DNA of 56,944 nucleotides, the filler included, from Sphacelaria rigidula (lineage: Eukaryota), in NCBI GenBank assembly GCA_964200075.2. It is 5 parts of 5 records of this genome, joined end to end, with 100 filler letters (N's around TTAATTAATTAA, not from the genome) between each part and the next. Parts side by side here need not be neighbours in the genome. Positions count along the whole stretch, not along the records: positions 22,821 to 34,129 come from CAXNAA020005087.1; positions 34,230 to 45,537 come from CAXNAA020005088.1; 3 more parts are not named here. One strand, given 5' to 3'. Every line of letters begins with the position of its first letter. Position 1 is the first letter of the stretch. This document shows, in pieces, positions 24,801-34,471 of the stretch. The notes below the pieces were generated by a model, which saw nothing but the letters and a program-made list of their open reading frames with translations, did no database searches and was not told where the DNA came from. A program made the position numbers and the translations under genes.

Positions 24801-27800
24801 GCTGCTGCTGTTGTCTTGACATGAAAAAAAGGTTTCCGATATCAGCGCAGACCGTACTGGGCATGTGATGCGGATGCCTCACGTGGTGACGAGCTAACTA
24901 CCCAAGCTCACGCATAAGAAAATCAAGAAAAACTAAATCTAAAACGCAGAAATAATCACACAGGCGTGGTACAATACAAAATAAACCGCTTGGAGTGGTC
25001 ATCTGTCGAACCGAGACCGTTTTCACTTGAAAAATCGGGGTAAGAGATAGATAACTCATCCCTGCGACCACGGGTGGATCGTTCATCGACAGGTGTAGGT
25101 ATTCATCATGCCCCCCGTATTTCATCATTCATGTTTGAAAAAGTAAGGTTTTAGATCGACAACCTCCGGTTCTCCTGATGTTGAAGGATACCAAGAGGCC
25201 ACAAAAACGTCACGGTAGCTTCTCCTTGGGGCCGAAAAAAAAGTCATTGTCCAAGCGGCCAGAGGAGGAGAGGGCGGGAGCGGGGGGATACGGCGAACAA
25301 TGAATTCGTTGATAGTATAGTAAAATCAAGCGCATATGGGCTCTGGCAAAACCATACTTTTTTTTTACTGTATTTGAGCCAGTAAGTTGAGTATTTTTTC
25401 TTCTGCCGCTGGGCTGTTCGAGTGGATCATAGATGGGCACCTGAAAACATGTAGGAAGCGTCAGCTTTGCTCAAATTGAAAAGGACACATTACGCGAGTT
25501 GAGAACGTGCCATTGAGGGCAACTGGGTAATATGGAAATACGCTAACACCGGTATGATCACAAGTTGACATTTTACATGCTATTTGAATAGTTCAGATGG
25601 ACAGACCGGCGGAAAAAGCAAATTTGAGCAAATGGTTCGTAACGAACCCTCCAAGGCTATGTTCTGTAAGGCACGGATACCTTCTGTAGGGTATGAGATT
25701 CCTTACAGAACTTACAGAAATATCGGGTACCCGTATGGAAGTCTTACAGAAATCACAGCACTGTCGGGTACCGGTATGAAAGTCTTCAGAAAATACAGGA
25801 CTTGTTGGGTACGGTATGGGAGGCTTACAGAAAGCTGGTACCGGCAGTCGGGTAACTCTTCTAGGACATACGCGCCTCTCGGGTTTCAGGGTAAATGTTT
25901 CGTACAGAACTCACAGAACTGTCGGGTGAGGGTGTGGGAGGCTTACAAAACTCACAGAAACTGTCGGGTAGGGCATGGAGGTCGCACAGAAAACCGTACC
26001 CGCAACCGGGTATATTATCAAGAGTATACCCAAGCCCCCCCGGTAACAGTAGGGGAGGCTCACAGAACTTATAGAACTATCGGGGACGGGCATGAAGGTC
26101 TTACAGAGATAATGGTACTGTCGTGTAACGGTATGGAAACCTTGAAGTTTACAGCACTGTCTGGTACGGTAAATACCCGGCAAAATACCCCAGGTATACA
26201 GAAGACCGCACCCTACAAAACACGACCTTGGTATTGTCATTGCCCCTGTGGTGGGACCTACCTCACTACAACAGTGGCGGAATACAGGTTGCAGTTCACG
26301 AAGACTGCACGAACGATCGCAGCAAAACATGTGCACGGGATCGTCAACATCTGCTGGCTTTACGTACACTCCCAGAGAGGATATGAAGGAGCATTTACGG
26401 CTGTTCGCTCTCTGGGAGCCCCTCGGCACGCGACAAAATCGCCGATGGCCTTGACGACTTTCGGTGGCAGCTCATACTCTGTGCTGTTCATGTCGATAAC
26501 GGCCTGGGGTTTGATGACCACGACACAACCACCATCAACGTCGATGACGTGCGCCTTGCTACTTGATCCCCTGGTGGCGCAGATGAAGCGCCCCCGCTCG
26601 AGCCACCACTCGAGTCTGGGGGTGATCCATCCTGACGGTCTGCAGTGCTGTTCATGTTTCGTATCTCCACTCAGCGGTACCTCGTATCCCGTCAGATTTC
26701 AAACCAAAGAACTTTTCAACATTGAAATATTGTTGGTGTGCAGTGTTGAATGAATGAAGGAGTTGGGTGGGTTGATCGATGGGAGGTACATGCTCAAGTC
26801 ATGACGTTCTGTTTGGATTGATTGAACCTATATCCGTACCTCGCCAAGGTATACACCTGTGCTCATAACTGCAATTGGAGAACGGTATACCCTAACGCCG
26901 GGCAGGGGTATGTTAGGCTTACGGAGCTCACAGAACTCTCGAGTACCGGTACTGGATGAGAGTCTTACATAGATTAACGAACTTGTCAGGTACGGTATGG
27001 GAGGCTCACAGAAAAACCTTACCGGCAATCGGGTATTTCTGTACGAGCATACCCGCGCTCCGGGTAAGGGTAAACATTTTTTACAGAACTCACAGAACTA
27101 TCGGGTAAGGATATGGGAGGAATACAGAACTCACAGAAACTGTCGGGTAGGGTATGGAGATTGCACCGAAAAGCGTACCCGCGATCCGGTATTTTATCCA
27201 GAGCATATCCGTGCCCCCCGGTAACGGTACGGGAGTCTTACAGAGATTATAGAACTGTCGGGTGCCGGTATGAAAGTCGTACAGAAGTTACAGAACTGTC
27301 GGGTACGGTAAATACCCGGCAAAATACCCCGGGTATGCCGAAAACCGTACCCTGCAGAAGACAACCTTGGAACTCTCAACATCACATTTGCCGTGAGCGG
27401 GCTTGCGTGCGAGTGGTTCGTTACAGCACTGTGCAAACTTAGACGGAAGGGGAGCAGTGGCACACCACCGTACTGTACTGTATGCCGCCATCTACATCCT
27501 GTACACACACCCACTGTATGGTGTTCCAAACACAGGATCACAACAACATGATGGGCACGTCTTCTGCGAGGCTGTCAGCCGGAAGTACTGTACCGCAACG
27601 AGGCCTGGCGCTTGCAAGATTGGGCATCACGGGACGCTGATTGATGATTGATTCGTTGATTCGTTGATTCATTGATCGATTGTCGCACTTGAAGTGACGC
27701 TATCGAAGCTAATACCTCCATCCCACCCAACATGGAGAAGACACAAAGCACAATGTCGCTTTGGAGTGCGCACATCTCAGCGCCCCCGTCGTGAGGCAGG

Positions 27801-30800
27801 CAACGTTCAGCTTTACATGCTGCTAAAGCCACGAGAGATATTCTTCCACGGCCACTTTGTTTTCTACATGGCAGACCTCTGGTCTTGGGGGAGGGAGAGG
27901 GGGGAAGGCACCCATGCTGAATTTTGCACGGCCCCTCAAGTGTAGGATTTATATACACTAGTTTTTCAGCGTGGTGAAAGGCAAAGTGTGACCCATGACT
28001 CGTTTTCTCGTTGATTATGCGCGAACGAAGCTCTGGTACAAGCTCAGAATGATTGACACACTGAAATTCGTCAAATTGCATTCGTCAGGTTGGACCTAAG
28101 CTCCCACGGATTTGTGGTGTGTTTTGACTTATTTCGGGCAATTTCAGGACCACGGTTAGGGTGCATAGAGTGAAAGTCGATGAACAGTTCGTCTTGAGTG
28201 ATTCTCGAGCGGACGTCAAGGAAATTTTCGGTGAAGATCATTCACTCAGTGCGTCGTTTTTCTCCGTTGTTGGGCCGTGGCGCAGGTGGACTATGAAGCT
28301 TGGGATGCAATCGACCATAAGATCGGCAACGTCTGCGAAGTGGGCATCGAAGGTAAGTGTTTCAAGAATGGTGGAGTGATGGCGCGATAGCTCTCCCCCC
28401 ACAAAAGTGGCTGATTTCAGGAGGCAAAATCTATATATGCGAATCAAAATGATAAAAAAAGCTAAGCACACCGAGCAGCTGACAAGTCCCACGCTTGGGA
28501 TCGTTTTCGCCACTGTCGCCCATATGAGGCGCTTCACGGAGTCTGAAACCAGCTATCATGCGCTGCGTAACTATTCTCCTCGAGGCAGGTTTGGGGCTGG
28601 CTTGGCGGAGAGCTGTCGCGTCGTCTGTCGTTGAGAGGTTGTTTTTCGGATCGTTGTAAGCTGGACCAGTATACATGTCTCTGCCCCGAAATTTGGGCAA
28701 TGAACTCCCCCCGGTTTCTGTCTACAAGTTGTGGGTGTTCGCGCACAACACATTTTTTCCCCACGAAATTCGACTTTTGTTGAATAATGGCCAACCACAG
28801 TGAGCATATCCAAGTCCCGGACCTCAGTTCACTGGCATCAACCTGTGTCACGACAATTACGAACGTTGGGGATTTTGGGAAATCTGACCGGTGTGAAATT
28901 TGTGAATCTCGTAATTTTGCACGAAATTTGACTGGTTTGTGAAACATATTACTTGTTGCGTTGGCAGGGAATATCCCGTTCTTAGTGGATCCGGGTGTTC
29001 GATTTGGGCGAGGGGGGGCAGAGGTACGTTTCGCCTGAAACCACACAGAACACCGTCTTTTGCAACAACGACGCCTGCGTGCGCGAGCTCTCCATGTTAT
29101 AACGAGTCGTCCACCATTTCGAAACGTGTTTATTGTACGCGCCGACAGAAATAGTGGTTGACGTCCTTTCGGGATCTGATGTCCCTCGCAATTTGCCGCT
29201 CACGGTATTCCGCGGATATGGTATGCCGGTACTGTCGTAGGTTTTAGTTCATATTTCTTCCTAGTATTCTGACGGATCTGGTACTGTAGCAATTCAGCCG
29301 TGGTCACAATCGATGGACATTCTCAAGGTTAATAACGGGAAGCACGCGTTTAGTTTAGCTCGACGAAGATGGTGAAGAAACAAAGAAGAAGGAGATAAAG
29401 GAGAGAGGAGCAAAGGGAGGGATCGGATAGGAAGAGGAAAGGGAAGAAAGGGAATGGAAGTGACCAGTTCAAGATCTAGTACACCAGCACAGTACCGATT
29501 TCGAGAACAAGACGTAAGTCTGACCTTGTGAAGGCAAGACCTGTCAACATGATACGTGGAATGGTATAGGCATGTTGGGTAGGGTATACCCGATACTTGG
29601 GTATTTTGAACAGCCGTCTTTTTAGTACCCGAAGAAATGGGGAGATATCGTGCCAAAACTACCCCAAAAATGGTAGAATATTCAAGATTGTACCCAAACT
29701 ACCCAAATTATGGGCAGAGTATTAGAGGTTGTACCCAAATTACCCAAAACTTGGGTGAAGTATTACAGGTCGTACCCAAATTACCCAAACTTCTAGCAGG
29801 GTGTTCTAACCGAACCCGAATTACCCGAACTTTGAGCAACGTATTGGAGATCATACCGAGACTACCCAAAGTTTGGGTAGAATATTAAAGGCAGTACCCA
29901 AATTACCCCGAATGGAATTCAGTGTTGGAAGTCATACCCAAGGGTTCCTCCGTACACGGGTATTCCTGTGAGTACTTACCCAATTTTTGGGTAGGGTGTT
30001 GAGATCATCCCGAATTATATCCGAAATTTGAGTAGTGAGGCCATGCCCAAGTGATACCCTATACCTGTGTATTGTGGAGAGTACTTAACCAATGTCTGAG
30101 TAGGGTATGATCTGGTCACATCCAAGTGATACTCTATACCTAGGTATTGCTGAGAGTAGTTACAATATTTGGGTAGGGGGGTTGGGATCATACCCAACAA
30201 TACCCATTACTAAGTAGGCAGCATCGAGATCATACCCAACTCTACCCAATAATCAGGTAGAGTATTCTAGCTCGACCCCGGTATTATACCCGGATACTCA
30301 AGAGTACATACCGTACCCAACAAGCCTGTGAATTTTTGCGTTCTTGTCTATTGCTTCGTTTTCGTTATTTTGTTTCTTTTTGTTGTACTTGTACCTATCT
30401 TTATGTTAATTATTTTGTTTTTCATTCACTATTTGTTTCGTTGAGATATTTAGGTATTTATATAACTTATATTTATATGGTCAGTTTTTTTTTTAATTCA
30501 TTTTTTTTATTATGTTGTATTCGTATGCTTGGCATGGTCAAGTGTAACAAAAAAGATAGCACGCGATGTGTTGATATTTAGTCCCTCTGGCCGCAACCTC
30601 CTGACCGCCACAGTGGGTCACCTGGGTATCGCTCACTTTTTCACGTGAAGCTTGAAGACCTCCTTGGTGTGCTGCCGATCGCTTACTGGGAGAAGGGAGC
30701 CGTATGTCGCTCTTTTGTCTAGCAAGTTCTACACGTTTTTATTTAGGTCGTCAACCTCCATGCAATCATACATGTCATCTTGATTTTGATTTTGATGTTT

Positions 30801-33785
30801 TCCTGGGTTGGCTGTGCTGTCTCTCTGTCTCTTTTTCTTGTAACTTTTGGTGTACTGACAAGAGGGAGACGGGATGAGCGTGCAGTTGAGATCTTTCGAC
30901 CACCTGCCGAACTTCATACACTACTGCCACATGTACAGGGTCGGCCACTGGCTCTTCAACAAAAGGTACGTTCAGAACGAGTGATGAAGGAAACAGGTGT
31001 TATGAAAGAGGTGCAGTAGACCTCCACAGAGTGCCAAAGGCCAGCGACAGACACATAATGTTATATGTGTGTCATTTCCTCGTCCCCCCCCCTGTATGGC
31101 AGAGACTACGACCTGTTCAGAAATATCTTCGTGTCTCGACAGATTCTATGCGTCAACTGAAGGTACATGTATGCCAAGCGAACGTGGAGCTAGCCGGCAC
31201 TTGATGTTGTATGATGCGTATGACGAAGGTGGTCAGGGTAGGGTACACCCTCAGAAACCCGGGATTTTGAGCTAATGCCTGGATACCCTGATCGAATACT
31301 GAGTATTTACGGTAGGCGGCACCGTGGATACCGCAGGGTACTGTGCGCCTCAAACATCCCGAACACCCTGAGTACCTGAGGATGTACGCTACCCTAGTCA
31401 CCTGTGATGTATTTCGTTGCTGTGTTATCATCCAGTGCTTGCACTACCGGATGTTCAGGGTCAGCCGTGGGTAATGAAATGTTCCAAGAAAGTACCAAAT
31501 TGCCAACGAAGCTGACAGATATCCTGCAACCAGCTTCAGCATGCTGTTGAAACGGTGCAGTGCAGTACGCCTATGAACGCAATTGAAAGGAGAGTGGAGT
31601 ATGCCCATGAACATGACCTGACTTCTGACGTATATTTCGTCATGTTTCTCGCCGGTGGCATCTCTTATCGTCCTTTGGTGCTATCCAACAAATGCAGGCG
31701 GTACCGCAAGGAAGACGAGTATGACCAATTGCAGTGCGAAACACCCCTGCTGGCCGAGCCTCCTGTCGACTCACAAGAGAAGGCTTACAAGGTATTTCTG
31801 TTTGTGCTCACCGTTTTTCCGGGGACTTGTTTGTATATTCTTGAGTGCGTGCAGCATGTGCTGTAACATGTTCGCCGTACGTTCGTGTAGAGCATGTCAT
31901 GTTTTGAGGCTTGCCCCGGGGTCTAAATTAAAATGATACAATCGACACGGACTAGGTCGGAGCATGGTGGGTTCGAGTCCTGGCAGATTAGTTTCTTATG
32001 TTTTTCTTTCAAGTTATCTGATTCCCGTGATTGATAATGTGGGGACGTGAGGGTCGAAGGTTGCTTTTTTCACGACAGCCGACGCGGCGCGGGAGTGCTG
32101 TAGTCATGATCCAATCCGCGACACCAAAATGCGAGCCGCGCGTGTGAAGAGCGAAGGGTTGATTCCTTAAGACGACGGGCTCATCTCGAGGAAGAGGAGT
32201 GGTTGAACGTGTGACAAAGAGAAAACAATGTATTTGCATTCAAGCGGTTTTTAGTGGTGTTTGCAAGTGCTGTCACCGCCCGCAGATTATGTACCCTGTG
32301 AGCGGCAAAACGGTTTTGGGCGGGATATGGCTCTGCGGTGCCCACTAGTGTGTATCTGTATCTACTCTGCTACCGTGAATCCCTTGGGCCTTTTCCTTAG
32401 TTTTCATCGTTTCATTGTATTTTTTTTTATTTGCTCTTGACTCTCCTCTTCTTTTACTTTTTTTTTGTTTTTAGTTCGTCCATTTATTTCTGTGCTTTGC
32501 TTGTGTTGACTTTTTTATCACCTTTTTTTATGACGACTTGGTCTGCTATGTCGTTCTGTTCGACTTTTATTTTATTTTGCCCGTTCCTTTTCTTCTTCAG
32601 AGCGTGTTTCAGTTCGTTTTTCTTGGATAAGTCTATCATGAGACCACGGCTGGACCATGACCCCTGTGTGGTCAGTTTAAGTGCGACAATCAATCACATC
32701 AATAAATCAGTGTTTTACGAGACATCGTTATTCATTCTTGAATTCTCCACGATACTTGAGTGCTTCATACGCGCTCCGTCTATGTCGAGTTATTGTTTCT
32801 ACATGTGTTCCGCGCTTTTCCGTGTTTCAGTGTTGATGTGTGCCTTGTATTGGGGTATTGAGGACATTTTGGGCGCTGGTATCATGTGCGTACGATGCTT
32901 TGTGCGGTGGTGTAGGCAATCCTTGGTGTGCTTGAAAGCCTCTTGTACGGGGATCTGCATTTTTCTGGCAGCTGAGACACGGGGTAGATCGCAGAGTGTG
33001 TACGTATCATGAACCGGATTTTTACCAATAACAATATCAGTATTCAAACGACAGTATTCGAATGCTGGAACTAGCGGAATATGACGCGAGGGGTATCTCA
33101 TACATCGAACGTTTTCGAAAATGCGGACATCGTAGCGAGAACAGTCGAATGCTGGAACTAGCGGAATATGATGAAGTGTGTTCATGTAAATAACCGCAGT
33201 ATTTCAACGATGCTAATATTGTGAACGACATTATTCCCGTGAATACTACTGCACACGAGCGGACTTAACAGGAACAATTATCGCGATGTCAATGCACGCC
33301 CGACGAGATGATACCATCGTAAGCTAGCTTACACTTCCACACGACCCAGGAGTTGCCATTGTGCTGTGTACTTTCTGTATCAATCCCGTAAAATGCAAAG
33401 CACACATGTCTGTTTTCCCCCATGTATCTCAAATCTGTTTTTCATGCCAGCTTATATTTTGTCCCTTGTGCACGCCGTGTACGCGTCATCTCATGTTTGA
33501 CGTCTGTCCCTCGGGCCTTTGAGCACAGGTGTTTTTTGTGTTGGATTTCATCGTTGGTTTTCCGTATTTTTGACTGTGTTGCTTGTGTCGTTTTTTCTTC
33601 TTCTCTCTCTCTCTCAGATGCATCCGGGAGCACGGTACGAAAGCATCACGCCCAGAACTGCCAAACGAAACGCGTTCGTGTTGTGCATCGCGACAAGATT
33701 CGTCAATAGTGCCCTACGACGTTACAAAACGAAGGTCTGCGCTCCAGGCACGGCCGATATGGAGCAGTCCATACGCATTTCCTGA
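24421..33785 (+). CDS. Peptidyl-serine alpha-galactosyltransferase / hydroxyproline O-arabinosyltransferase-like glycosyltransferase, 3' part (5 exons)
   Basis: Exons 24421-24534, 28286-28352, 30863-30965, 31698-31791 and 33618-33785 splice in phase (0,1,2,0) into VYAQYPSLLAEQTAYSTAAATMDLRHYRLNNYAIESEK-VDYEAWDAIDHKIGNVCEVGIE-EGDGMSVQLRSFDHLPNFIHYCHMYRVGHWLFNKR-RYRKEDEYDQLQCETPLLAEPPVDSQEKAYK-MHPGARYESITPRTAKRNAFVLCIATRFVNSALRRYKTKVCAPGTADMEQSIRIS*. The motifs LLAExxAYxxAAA, HYCxxY, CxxPLLxEPP and RNAFxLC...N...C resemble SERGT/HPAT-like proteins (recognised by eye, not searched). The 5' exons lie outside the contig. Confidence 0.8.
24729..24812. repeat. (GTT)24(GCT)3 microsatellite, intronic
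   Basis: Read directly from the sequence. Confidence 0.95.
25652..26230. mobile_element. Non-autonomous TIR element (hAT-like), copy 1
   Basis: Imperfect TIRs CAAGGCTATGTTCTGTAAGG / CCCTACAAAACACGACCTTG. Internal reiterated TACAGAACT...GTCGGGTA motifs. Confidence 0.8.
26905..27369. mobile_element. Same TIR family, copy 2 (lacks left ~90 bp, same orientation)
   Basis: Colinear with ~25740-26230 (shared ACAGAACTCACAGAAC and GGTACGGTAAATACCCGGCAAAATACCCC); ends CCCTGCAGAAGACAACCTTG. Confidence 0.8.
28286..28352 (+). CDS. glycosyltransferase exon
   Basis: gcgcag|GTGGAC...ATCGAAG|gtaagt, phase 0-1. Confidence 0.8.
29567..30328. mobile_element. Non-autonomous TIR element with internal TACCCAAA(T) repeats
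   Basis: TIRs TAGGCATGTTGGGTAGGGTAT / ATACCGTACCCAACAAGCCTG (18/21 match); many TACCCAAATTACCC submotifs. No TSD recognisable. Confidence 0.75.
30863..30965 (+). CDS. glycosyltransferase exon (HYC motif)
   Basis: Pyrimidine tract then gacaag|AGGGAGAC...AACAAAAG|gtacgt. The acceptor is less certain (AAG); the donor is strong. Confidence 0.75.
31698..31791 (+). CDS. glycosyltransferase exon (CxxPLLxEPP)
   Basis: atgcag|GCGGTAC...TACAAG|gtattt, phase 2-0. Confidence 0.82.
31913..31990 (+). mobile_element. degenerate tRNA-derived SINE head
   Basis: Consensus B-box GGTTCGAGTCC at 31970-31980; A-box degenerate. Confidence 0.4.
33618..33785 (+). CDS. glycosyltransferase terminal exon
   Basis: (tc)n-cag|ATGCAT...TCCTGA. 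Confidence 0.82.
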   Translation: MHPGARYESITPRTAKRNAFVLCIATRFVNSALRRYKTKVCAPGTADMEQSIRIS

Positions 33786-34081
33786 CTTTTTTCGAGAAAC
33801 AAATGCCACAGTTGTCGGCCCACAAGGTCATCGTAATGTTAAACGGCGTACAACAATGCCGCCCTCGTTGTTATTTGTGTATTCATCCTTTTTTCCGTGA
33901 GGGAGTACCCTGATGTACTACAAAAGATGGTGAATGAACGGGTATCGACGAAGGAATTCCAACGATTTTTTCTTCGGTCACACCAGTTCCGTCTTCGGTT
34001 TTGACAAAGTCGAGGTTGAACTTGCTTGTCACTGTGTGTATCTGGGGGGGTGGTTCACTCATGCTCTTGCAAGTATGTCTT

Positions 34082-34129
34082 GGGGGGGGGGGGGGGTACT
34101 CAAAGTCATGAACGCCCAGGTCATAATAC
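34082..34129 (-). mobile_element. 3' end of a third retroposon-like family at contig end
   Basis: Reverse complement GTATTATGACCTGGGCGTTCATGACTTTGAGTAC + C-run, the same terminal TGAGTAC-oligo(C) as families A and B. Confidence 0.45.
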
Positions 34130-34229
34130 NNNNNNNNNNNNNNNNNNNNNNNNNNNNNNNNNNNNNNNNNNNNTTAATTAATTAANNNNNNNNNNNNNNN
34201 NNNNNNNNNNNNNNNNNNNNNNNNNNNNN
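34130..34229. other. artificial contig spacer
   Basis: N44-TTAATTAATTAA-N44. Confidence 0.99.
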
Positions 34230-34471
34230 GCTGTTGAGGGACTCCCCAGCTCTTTTCGCCTCAAGGTTCTCAGTTGTCAGCCTTTACAACACCTCATCAT
34301 TATTTTGGAGTGAAACCCCCTGCAGCCCTGCACCATTTGGCCTGGGCTACACAGCAAGGGTCATCATCCACAGGATGCCCTTGTCCCCTGGTCATCATCC
34401 AGGATCCACTATATACTCAACCGTGACGGCGTGATTTCGCCACAGCTCCCACGGATGCCGTTTTAGGATCC

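Noticed and set aside
25584..26753. 389-aa + strand ORF
   Set aside because: It runs through a repetitive MITE and the antisense of the passenger. No protein-like composition, and it lies inside the glycosyltransferase intron.
32431..33012. 193-aa hydrophobic ORF resembling a membrane protein
   Set aside because: Product of T-rich low-complexity intronic DNA (F/L/S-rich) with no splice or codon support.
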